Assembly (NCBI RefSeq): GCF_036365525.1
Contig: NC_090384.1
Coordinates: 55,363,895 to 55,427,894, forward strand
Length of the DNA: 64,000 nucleotides
Direction of reading: 5' to 3'
DNA from: Heterodontus francisci
Lineage: Eukaryota
Numbering within the stretch: position 1 is the stretch's first letter; the number at the start of each line of letters is the position of its first letter. Positions 13,301 through 25,300 of this stretch are shown in pieces. The position numbers and the translations under genes were made by a program. The notes beneath the pieces are model-generated. The model was not told the DNA's origin and did no database searches. It saw only the letters and a list, made by a program, of their open reading frames with translations.

Positions 13301-16300
13301 TAAGGGGTTGCTTTCCCTGCACACTCAGGTCACAGATACTCATTTTTCCTTGCAACTATGTTATCAGCTTGCAGCAACTTGCCACACAAAAAATGTAAAA
13401 GCTTGAACTTGCAAGAGGAAGTCCAACTAAGGGCTGTTAGATGCCCTGCCACAGCCGTTTATGGCCCTATATGTTTCTTTAAGAAATGTTCAGAAAAAAC
13501 TAGCCATCATATACTCCAGTTGGAACATGGTTACTTACCCAGTCGTTGGAGTAGCCAGTCAACTTGCAATGGCTCTATTAGGCTCTCATGTTCTACCTGG
13601 CACGTGTATTTATTCCCAACATCAGCTCTGGTAGGTACACTTTTCACACTACTTGTCAAGTAATAGAGTCCATCATTTCCCAGAGTTGGCTCACTAACTT
13701 CAGGTTCTTCTGCCATTTTCTCACCATTTTTGAGCCAGGTAACTGTGATTTCACTGGGGTAAAAAGAATGGATTGGACAGTTTAAAGTCATGGTTTCTCC
13801 TGCAACTGCTTTTTCTGTGCCACATGTTATCGTGTCCAGTTTTGGAGTAGCTGAAAAAGAAACATGAAAAAAAAACTTAATGGAGGCTTTAACAAAAGCA
13901 GAGTAAAGACACTGTGGATTAGATTCTACCCTATCCACAGCCAATGGCCAGAAAGTATATTCCATTGTGTTCTGAGAATTCTGAAGCAGGACTCGAGTAT
14001 AAAACAAAAGGTTACACAACAACCTCAAGTAAGAAATACAGCGCTCAGGAGACTTCATTCGTCACAGGGTTTTCCAAATAAAATCATCAATTTTGCTGCA
14101 TTGCAAAAAATAAGGAAACAGTATCTGTAAACAAATCTAATCTATTGTTCTGTACAAGGAATTGTCAAAAATTTACATACCTTTAACCTTCAGAGTTATT
14201 TCTTTCTGTTGCTGAATACCAGTGCATTCATGATAAACCTTACAGATGTACTTTGTGTCCTGGTCTTGCAGTATATCTGGTAGAATAACTAGTACACTGG
14301 TGATGCTGTATGTTTTATCTTCATACTGCAACTCACTTATGTAATGGTTATACTTGGACTTCTTCCCATTTTCATTAGAAAAGGTTGTTCTGTTGCTCTG
14401 ATCCAGCCTAATAATTTCTTTTCTCTCATTATTTTTTCTGCTTTGTTCCCATATGATAATTAATGGTCTTGGTTTAAATCCATTGATTGAACAAGTCAAG
14501 GCCACAAGTTCATTCTGATTGATGTAAGGTGGTGCCACAATGTTTGAAATCTTTGGTGGCACTTTGGGAAAAAGAAACAAAGAAATCAACTATTTAAACT
14601 GAAGAATTTTCACAAATTAATAAAAACAAGGAAATATTATTTTACAATCTGAATTTTCTATGATTTAGAGTCTACAGATGGCAGAACTGCATTACCACTA
14701 TCAAGCACATGAATGTCACTTCATATGTACACAAATATACATATTAATAAAAACACAGAATGGAAACAGGTAGCATAAATAATAATGATTAAAATCAAAT
14801 GTTCATGCATTACCTCCTTTAACATTCAGTATTACAGTTTTTGTAGCAAGTTGCAGAAGAGTATTATGGTCAATCCCAAGAATTAATTCGGCCCCATCAT
14901 CTTTGAATACATCAGGATACATTTTGACGTTGCATTTTACATTGGTAGTCCCATCACTGTTAGCTTCAAATACTGGTTCCAAACACTTAAAGGATGTGTC
15001 TTCTTCATTACCCCCATTGATAAGAAGCTGCACTTCAGCTGGTTTTACTTTGCTCTTTGTGATCTGGTCCGGGTAATGTGCGTCAAAAATTTTCTTTTTG
15101 TTTTCATCCCCCTTCCTCTTTAAGAATAAAATAATTGTAATCTCCTTAGGTCTAAATCCAGTAACTTGGCAACTGAAGATGGCTTCCTCAAAATGGCGAA
15201 TGATGGGAGGTTTGCTGAATTCACTAATTTTTGGAGAAACTAATAAAAAAAATTAAAACTTGACAATCGACATATTCACATTTGTTTACCCAGTTTTATT
15301 TTCTTGCTAGACCACAGGCAGAAGGTCATTTACAAGACACGATGTAGGACAGCAGTTTCTGCAAGGTTTTGCTGTCCTTTTCAATCAATTCAGCCAAAAT
15401 GGCCAAAGCAGTGCAAATTACATCCAGTGGAAATTGAATTTCCATGAACTTATGTGCTAGTTTAAAAAAAAACTTTGTGCTAGAAGCCAGCCCCATTCAC
15501 AAAACCGGCCACCCCCCAAGTTCAAATTAATCACCACTGCAAGCCCCGCTAACTGCACCTGACTGCGAGCACGCGTGGAGGCTCTTAAAATTAATAATAG
15601 GAACAAAAAATGCTGGAAACACTCAGTTCTGATGGGTCATCCACCTGAGACATTGATTCTGTCTCTTTCTCCACAGATGCTGCCAGATGTACTGAGTGTT
15701 TCCAGCATTTATTGTTTTTATTTCATATTTCCAGTATCCACAGTAGTTTGCTTTTCTCTTAAAATTAAGCTTTTTGGGGGCAAGGGTGGTCATTTGGTGG
15801 GGGGCGGGGGGGGGGGGGGGGGTGGTAGGGAAAGCGTCTTGGGTCCTGGAGGTGGTTGGGGAAGCAGTGGTGGCCCTCTATCGGGCACCTTGTGCCCGAT
15901 CGTCAGTGCCCCCCTCCGGAGTGTGGAGAGGCCGACAGCTCTCACTAGGTGGCCTTTCCCAGCTCCAGGGTGCCCGCTTTCTATGGGTAAAATCCCCATG
16001 GAGGCAGACAATTCTAAAGAGGGTGCAGGAGCAGAGAAAACTGTGTATATGTGCATAAATCATTGAAGGTGGCAGGACAAGTTGAGAGAGCAGTTAATAG
16101 AGCATCCTAGGCTTCATTAATAAGGACATTGGGCTGGATTTTACGTTGGGTGGATGGGAGCTGGCCACTGATGTAAAAGTTGGTGGCGAACCCACCTGCC
16201 TAGCCCGGGGATCTGTCCCGCATTTTACGAGTCACCGGGCTTTAATTGTTCCGAGGCAGGACTTCCACCTGCTTGAGGGAGGAAATCCCGCCTCACTGAA

Positions 16301-19300
16301 CTACCGGCCAATCAGCGGCTAGCAGCTATTAGTCCCAGCAACGCCACCGGGAGCGGTGGCCACTGCTGGGACTGCAGCCCAGCCGAGGACATGGAGCCAA
16401 GGCTGCAGGTAAGTTTGGGCTGCCTCGTGGGGGTAATTGGTCGGGCCCCAGCGAGGCAAGGGTGGCCACTGTGGGGGGAAGGAAAGCGTCTTGGGTCCTG
16501 GGGGTGGTTGGGGAAGTGGTGGCGGCCCTCTATCGGGCACCTTGTGCCCGATCGTCAGTGCCCCCCTCCGGAGTGCGGAGAGGCCGACAGCTCTCACCAG
16601 GAGGCCTTTCCCAGCTCCAGGGTGCCCGCTTGCTATGGGTAAAATCCCCATGGAGGTGGATGAAGGCCCTTAAGTGGCCACAAGGGCCCTGATTGGCATG
16701 GGGTGGGCAGCCCATTTTCACACCCCCCACCCACGTAAAGTGGGCTGGAGGCAGGGGCGGGTCGGGAAGGCCTCCCGGAGCCTCCTGCTGAATTTTACAC
16801 CAAGCCCTCGCCACCATCGGCTCGCTGGGGTGGCGTAAATTTCCGGCCATAGAGTACAAAAACAAGGAAATTATGTTCAACCTGTATCAAACACTGGGTT
16901 GGCCTCAACTGGAGTATCGGGACTAGTTCTGGGTGCCACACTTTAGGAAAGATGTGAAGGCATTAGAGAGAGTGCAGAACAGATTCAGAAGAATGGTTCC
17001 AGGGATGAAGAATTTCAGTTATTTAGATAAATTAGAGAAGTTGGGACTGTTTTTCTTTTAGAAGAGAAGGTTGAGAGGTGATTTTATAGAGGTATTCAGA
17101 ATTATGAGAGGTATGGACAGGATAGGGAAAAACTGTCCCCATTGGTGGAAGGATCAAAAACAAGAGCGCACAGATTTAAGGTAATTGGCAAAAGATGCAA
17201 TGGCAACGTGAGGGAAAATTTTCACGCAGATAGTGGTTAGGATCTGGAATGCACTGCCTGAGGGCTAGATCTTGTTCTCCCGCTGCCAGTAGCGGCAGCG
17301 GGTGAAGAAAATGGCAGCCTCCCTGCATGGGACCTGGGCTGTGCAATTTTGCAGCGAGCAGACACTTAGCATACCGACGGCGGCTGCAGCACCTCCCCCC
17401 CCAGCCCCCCAAATCACATGGCGGCCTCGACGATGTCATGAATGGCCTCAACTTTTTACAATTTATGTCAATGATTAGATGAGGGGAGCAATGGCAGAAT
17501 AGCTAAATTTACAGATGACACAAAGATAGTTAGGAAAGTATGTTGTGAAGAAGACATAAGGAGGTTGCAGACCGATATAGATAGGTTGAGTGAGTGGGCA
17601 AAAATCTGGCAGATGAAGTATAATGTGGGAAAATGTGAAGTTGTTCACTTGGCAGGAAGCATAAAAAAAAGCAGAATATTACTTAAACGGAGAGCAACTG
17701 CAGAATTCTGAGTTGCAGAGGGATCTAGGTGTTCTAGTGCATGAGACACAAAAAGTTAGTATGCAGGTACAGTAAGTAATAGGGAAGGCTAATGGAATGC
17801 TATCCTTTATTGCGAGAGGAATTGAAAATAAAAGGATGGATGTTATGCTTCAGTTATACTGGGCATTGGTGAGACCACATCTCAAATACTGTGCAGTTTT
17901 GGTCTCCTTATTTAAGGAAGGATGTAAATGCTTTGGAGGCAGTTCAGAGGAGGTTTACTAGACTGATACCTGGAATGAGCTGGTCGTCTTATGAGGAAAG
18001 GTTGAACAGACAGGGATTGTTTTCATTGGAGTTTAGAAGAGTGAGGGGAGACTTGATTGAAGTTTATAAGATCCTGAACGGTCGTGACATGGTGGATGTA
18101 GAAAGGATGTTTCCTCTTGTGGGTGAGTCCAGAACTAGGGGGCACTGTTTTAAAATTAAGGGTTGCCCATTTAGGATCGAGATGAGGAGAAATTTTTTCT
18201 CTCAGAGGGTTGTGCAAATTTGGAATTCTCTGCCTCAGAAGGTGGTGGAGGCAGGGTCATTGAATATTTTTAAGGTGGAGGTAGATAGATTCTTGTTGGG
18301 CAAGAAAATCAAAGATTATCTGGGTTAGACGGTGTGTGGAATTTAGAGTCATAGAGTTATACAGCTCAGAAACAGGCCCTGTGGCCCATCGTGTCCGTGC
18401 CAGCCATCAAGCACCGATCAATTCTAATCCCATTTTCCAGCACTTGGCTCGTAGCCTTGTATGCTATGGTGTTTCAAGTGCTCATCTAAATACTTCTTAA
18501 ATGTTGTGAGGGTTCCTGCCTCTACCACCCCTTCAGACAGTGTGTTCCAGATTCCAACCACTCTCTGGGTGAAATTTTTTTTCCTCAAATCCCCTCTAAA
18601 CCTCGTGCCCCTTTCCTTAAATCTATGCCCCCTGGTTATTGACCCCTGTGCTAAGGGAAAAGGTTTCTTCCTATCGACCCCATCAATGCCCCCCATAATT
18701 TTGTATACCTCAATCAGGTCCCCCCTTTCAGCCTTCTCTGCTCCAAGGAAAATAACCCTAGCCCATCCAGTCTCTCTTCATAGCTGAAATGCTCCAGCCC
18801 AGGCAACATCCTGATGAATCTCCTCTGCACTCTCTCCAATGCAATCACATGCTTCCTATAGTGTGGTGACCAGAACTGTATACAGTGCTCCAGCTGTGGC
18901 CTAACTAGTGTTTTATACAGCTCCATCATAATCTCCCTGATCTTATATTCGATGCCTCAGCTAATAAAGGCAAGTATCCCATATGATTTCCTAACCACCT
19001 CATCTACCTGTGCTGCTGCCTTCAGTGATCTATGGACAAGAGGGCGGCACAGTGGCGCAGTGGTTAGCACCGCAGCCTCACAGCTCCAGGGACCCGGGTT
19101 CGATTCCGGGTACTGCCTGTGTGGAGTTTGCAAGTTCTCCCTGTGTCTGCGTGGGTTTTCTCCGGGTGCTCCAGTTTCCTCCCACAAGCCAAAAGACTTG
19201 CAGGTTGATAGGTAAATTGGCCATTATAAATTGTCACTAGTGTAGGTAGGTGGTAGGGAAATATAGGGACAGGTGGGGATATTTGGTAGGAATAGGGGAT

Positions 19301-22300
19301 TAGTATAAATGGGTGGTTGATGTTCGGCACAGACTCGGTGGGCCGAAGGGCCTGTTTCAGTGCTGTATCTCTAAAAAAAAAAGTACACCAAGGTCCCTCT
19401 GACCCTCTATACTTCCTAGGGTCCTACCACCCATTGTATATTCCCTTGCCTTGTTAGTCATCCCAAAATGCATCATCTCACACTTCTCAGGATTAAATTC
19501 CATTGCCACTGCTCTGCCCATCTTACCAGCCCATCTATATCGTCCTATAATCTAAGGCTTTCCTCCTCACTATTTATGACACCAACAATTTTTGTATCGT
19601 CTATGAACTTACTGATCATACCTCCTATATTGAAGTATAAATCATTAACGTACACCACAAACAGCAAGGTCTCAACACCGATCTCTGCGGCACACCACTG
19701 GTCACAGGCTGCCAATCGCAAAAACAACCCTCTACTATCATCCTCTGCCTCCTGCCACTAAGCCAATTTTGGATCCAATTTGCCAAATTGCCCTGGATCC
19801 CATGGGCTCTTACATTCTTGACCAAACTCCCATGCGGGACCTTATCAAAAGCCTTACTGAAGTCCATGTAGACTACATCAACTGTTTTACCCTCATCTAC
19901 ACACCTAGTCACCTCCTTGAAAAATTCAATCAAATTGGTTAGACATGATCTCCCCCTGACAAAGCCATGCTGACTATCCTTGGGTAATCCCTACCTTTCC
20001 AAGTGGAGATTAATCCTGTCCTTCAGAATTTTTTCCAATAGTTCCCTACCACTAATGTTAGACTCACTGGCCTATAATTACCTGGTTTATCCCTGCTACC
20101 CTTCTTGAATACTGTACCACATTTGCTGTCTTCCAGTCCTCTGGCACCTCTCCTGTGGTCAGAGAAGATTTGAAAATTTGTGTCAAACCCCCTGCAATCT
20201 CCTCCCTTGCCTCACATAGCAGCCTGGTATACATATCATCTTGGTCTGGGGATTTATCCACTTTTAAGCCCGCTAAAACTGCTAATACCTCCTCCTTTTC
20301 AATGTTAATTTGTCCCTAGGGGGCCCTACTCTTTCCCTGGTTATCCTCTTGCCATTAATATACTTAGAAAACGCCTTGGGATTTTCCATCATATTGCCCG
20401 CCAGTGTTTTTTCATGCCCTCTCTTTGCTTAAATTTTGTAGAGTTATGGTCACTATCCGCGAAATGCTCCCCCACTGACACATCCACCACCTGTCCAGCT
20501 TCATTCCTTAAGATTAGGTCCAGTACTGCCCCTTCTCTTGTCGGACTTTCAATATGCTGGCTCAAAAAGCTCTCCTGGATGCAATTTAAGAATTCCGACC
20601 CCTTTAAGCCTTTTGCAATAAGATTATCCCAGTTGATATTGGAGAAGTTGAAATCCCCTATTATTATTACCCTATTATTTTTACACCTCTCTGCTCCTCT
20701 ATCTTTCCCTGACTGTTTGGAGGCCTGTAGTACACTCAATTTGAGACACAAACAGATCAGCCATGATCTTATTGAATGGCAGAGCAGGCTAGAGGGGCCG
20801 AATGGCCTACTTCTGCTCCTAATTTGTATGTTCATTTGTATTCAGGTGCTGGCACAACCCCATCTTTACACTGAATGCACAGTTGACCCTCCTACCCCAT
20901 CCCCACCCATGTATACACTGAATGCGGAGTTGACCCACCCCCCCCCCCCCATGTATACACTGAATGCACAGTTGACCCTCCTACCCCACCCCCACCCATG
21001 TATACACTGAATGCAGAGTTGACCCACCCCCCCATGTATACACTGAATGCGGAGTTCACCTCTTCCCCTCCTCAGTTGCGCAAGCTTCTCTTGGATGGGA
21101 AAGCGAAGGCACGTAAGTGTAACACATTACACTGAATATCAGAAATGGATGGGAAGATCACGGTGGATGACATGGTAATATATGCAGGTAGGTATTTTAA
21201 TTATTTAAACCAGGGTCCTGTCGCGGTGAGGCCGCCACGGAGCTTCCCAGCACTGGGAGGATTGGGCCCTGCAATCCCGGTGTTCGGTTCCATCGCGGCT
21301 GCTGCCGCTCCGATTCTCCTGCCCCCACTCTCAACTCGCCACGGAACCAGACGTCAGGCTGAGCACGAGATTACAAGATCCAGCCCTGAGAGTGTGATGG
21401 AGGCAGGTTAAAATAGATACATTCAAGAAGGAACTGTATTGTTACCTGAAAAAATAGAATGTGCAGGGCTACAGCAAGAAGGTGGGGGAGTGGCACTAGA
21501 TAAACTGCTGTTTTGGAGAGCCATTGCAGATATAATGGGCTGAATAGCCTCCTTCTGTGCTGTAACAAATCTGTGATTCTTAAAGTAATTTTCAGTTATC
21601 TAAATTTGGGTTACTCTTGGGAAACTCTGATTAAAATGCTTTTGTTTGTGAAATGCACACTTTCAGCTGTATTAAGCGAACAGCGCCAAGTTAAGATTGT
21701 TATATCCTGAGATATGAGATAATCAGAATCCAGGACAAAATTAACAGTCATTTGGGCAAATGTGAATGAATTAAGAAAAACCAGCATGGATGTGTTGAAG
21801 GCAAATCATGTTTAAATAACATTTTTGAACAGGTACCAGAGAAGGTTGATGAGGGCAATGTGGTTGGTGTGATGTATATGGACTTCCAAAAGGCATTTGA
21901 TAAAGTTCCACTTAATGGGCTTGTCAGCAAAGTTGAAGCTCGTGAAATAAAAGGGACAGTGGCAGCATTCATATGAAATTGGCTATGCGACAAAAAACAG
22001 AAAGTAGTGATGAATGGCTATTACTCAGAGGTTGGTATTAGGACCACTTGTTTTTGTGATATATATAAATGATTTGAACTTGGGTGCATGGGGCATTACC
22101 TCAAAATCTGCAGATGACACACAACTTGGAAGTATTGTGAGCTGTAAGAAGTCTCCTGATACACCACAAGAGGACATTGACAGGCCAGTAGACTGGGCAG
22201 ACATGTGACAGATGAAATTTAGTGCAGGGACACATGAAGTGATACATTTTGGTAGGAAGAACAAGGAGAGGCAACGTAAATTAAACGGTGCAGTTCTAAA

Positions 22301-25300
22301 GGGGTTGCACAAACAGAGAGACCTAGGGATATGTGTGCACAAAACATTGAGGATGGTAGGGCAGGTTGAGAAAGCGATTAAAAAAAGCTTTGGGATCCTG
22401 GTCTTTATAAATAGAGGCATATAAAAGCAAGGAAGTTTTTATGAAATAAAAACAGAAAGTGCTGGAAAAAGACAACAGATCTGGCAGCATCTGTGGAGAG
22501 AGAATCAGAATTAACTTTTCAGGTCTGTGACCTTGCATCAGAACAGTTATTATGAACCTTCATAAAACACTGGTTTGGCCACAACTGCAGTGCTGTGTCC
22601 AATTCTGGGCACTGCACTTTAGGAAGGATGTGAACGACTTTGAGAGGTCACAGAATAGATTAGAATGGTTCCAGGGATGAGGGACTTCAGTTATGTGGAT
22701 AAGTTGGAGAAGCTGGTGTTGGACTCCTTAGAGCAGAGGCGATTGAGAGATTTCATAGAGGTGTTCAAAATCATGAGGGGTCTAGTCATGGTAGAGAGCC
22801 ACTGTTCCCATTGGCGAAGGGGTTGAGAACCAAAGGGGAAGAAAACAGAGGCAATAGAACCAAAGGCGAAATGTGGAAAAACCAGCGAGCGGTTGTGATC
22901 TGAAATGCACTGCCTGAAAGGATGGTGGAGGGAGATTCAATCAAGGCTTTCAAAAAAGGGAATTAGATAAGCGTACAAAGGGGAAAGAATTGCAGGGCTA
23001 TACGGAAAGGTCATGGAGTGGGACAGGCTGGATTGCTCTTGCAGACAGCCAGCATGGGCTTGATGAGTGGCCTCCTCTGTGTTATAACCATTCTAGGTTT
23101 CTACACAAGTATCGTAAGGAGTATTTTTTAAAGCAAAATTTTGGAAAATCACTGCTTGATTGTGCTGATTCATGACAGAGTTTTACATCTGGCAATTTGC
23201 AAATTAGTTTTGAGTGGAAATGCTCAGAAAATGTTTGGGGCATAGTTTTGCGCTGGATTGCCAATTGCAGCCAAAATGGAAACTCCAGGTCCAGTTATCT
23301 AATGAACACCATGGTGGGAGCACAATCACAAGAACTGTTATGCTTCAAGGGGAAGGCCCAACACAACCTAATTTGTGGAAAACATGCAATAAACAGCCAA
23401 AGAATTACAAATACACATTTCACATTGCACAATCAAAAGATTTCACCAGTCAAAACATTACCTTTTTTAAATTTCAGGCAATATAAATATAGACAACACA
23501 GTACTCCACATAACAGCAACGTAGCAAATACACTTCCAACAACTGATCCTGCTACTGAAGTTATTTTGTGCTCTGAAATATGAAACATAAATACAGAAAT
23601 ATTTAGACAAATATTATGTCACAAGAAATAAATTGTTTCACTTGCACAGAATTTAAGAGGCTGCTCCATTTTTGTAAATTATAAACTAAGATACTTAAAC
23701 ACAGTAAAGTCTTTAAAGAATTTGAAATTACAGATAAGTGCAATTAAATGTCCTCTAAATGATGGCCGAGAAATTTCATGTGAGTTGCACCAAGGAAAAA
23801 TAAGTTTCAGCTGCCAATGGCCCAGAGAGGTATTTACACTGCAATTTTATGGGTCAGTTTATTTGCATGCGTGTTATAGTGAAAAAATAGTTGTAACATG
23901 CTGGTTTTTTTTTTTTTAGAGATACAGCACTGAAACAGGCCCTTCGGCCCACCGAGTCTGTGCTGACCATCAACCATCCATTTATACTAATCCTACACTA
24001 ATCTCATATTCCTACCACATCCCCACCTGTCCCTATATTTCCCTACCACCTACCTATACTAGTGGCAATTTATAATGGCCAATTTACCTATCAACCTGCA
24101 AGTCTTTGGCATGTGGGAGGAAACCGGAGCACCCGGAGAAAACCCACGCAAACACAGGGAGAACTTGCAAACTCCACACAGGCAGTACCCAGAATTGAAC
24201 CCGGCTCGCTGGAGCTGTGAGGCTGCGGTGCTAACCACTGCGCCTGTGTTGCATGGAAATTACAATTAAGCCTTTAAAAAGCAAATTTCAGCGGAAGACT
24301 GCAGTAGCAGCAGGCAAGTAAGGAACCGTGCTCAAGTGTCTCTCCCAATCCTTTGTGCACCTTGTTTCCCCTTTCTAATGCTACATTCTGGTTCCACTCC
24401 CCTGCTGAATTAGTTTAAACCCTCTCCCACAGCACTAGCAAAACACCCCACAAGGACATTGGTCCAAGCCCTGTTGAGGTGCAACCCATTCAGCCTGTAC
24501 AGGTCCCACCTCCCCAATGTCCCAGGAATATAAACACCTCCCTCCTGCACAACCTCCAGCCACGAATTCATCTGCCCTATCCTCCTATTTCTATACTCAC
24601 CAGTGCTTGGCATTGGAAGTCAACCTGCAGATTACTACCTCTGAGGTTCTGCTTCTTAAATCTCTTTCCAGCTTCCTAAAGCTGCCTGCTGGAACTCTTT
24701 CTACTATGTCGTTGGTACTGATGTGGACCACGACCGCTGGCTGTTCACCCTGCCCCCTCATAGTGCTCTACAGCTGCTCAATGACATCCTTGAACCTGGC
24801 TCTAGGGAGGCAACATACAATCCTGGGATTCGTATGCAGCCTCAGAAATGCCTGTCTGATCACCTAACTATAAAATTCCCAGAACCTCAGCCACCGATAG
24901 TGCTGCGGACTTGGCTCTGATTGTACTCTCCTGAGGAACGATCACCCTCACCAGTATTCAGAACTGAATATCAGTTAGAGAATGGGATGCTCTGAAGGGA
25001 TTCCTGCGCTATGCCTGGTCTTCCTTGACTGTTTGGCTGTCACCCATTCCTTCTCTGGCTGCACTCTCTTAAGCTGTGGGATGACCACCTCCTGGAATGT
25101 GCTATGCATGAAACTTTTAGCCTTGCGGATGTACTGCAGTAACTACAGCGCCTTCCGAGCTTCTCCACCCGACGACGTTTCCTCCACACGTGGTTATCCG
25201 GTATATAGGAAGTGCCCTGAAGTTCCTACATGGAACAGGATGTGCATTCCACATGTCTGAGGGGCACCTTCATAGCCCTATTTATTAGACTAACTAAACA

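Larger units (their letters stand above)
17447..20835 (+). mobile_element. CR1 3' fragment (RT C-terminus) interrupted by an antisense CR1
   Basis: ORF 17891-18328 [10 protein letters not shown]...; its 3' tail resumes at ~20740 (GATCAGCCATGATC..GGCCTACTTCTGCTCC). Confidence 0.8.
17262..21386. mobile_element. PIF/Harbinger-like non-autonomous element carrying nested LINEs and a SINE
   Basis: TIRs GGGCTAGATCTTGT / ACAAGATCCAGCCC with 3-bp TSD TGA (17259-17261, 21387-21389). Confidence 0.75.
16020..21580 (+). mobile_element. CR1 3' fragment split by two nested DNA transposons
   Basis: CR1 sequence resumes seamlessly across 16131-16848 and 17262-21386 (GCACTGCCTGA|GAGTGTGATGGAGGCAGG). Confidence 0.8.

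Noticed and set aside
19042-19110. tRNA gene
   Set aside because: The A and B boxes belong to the SINE head; no complete cloverleaf.
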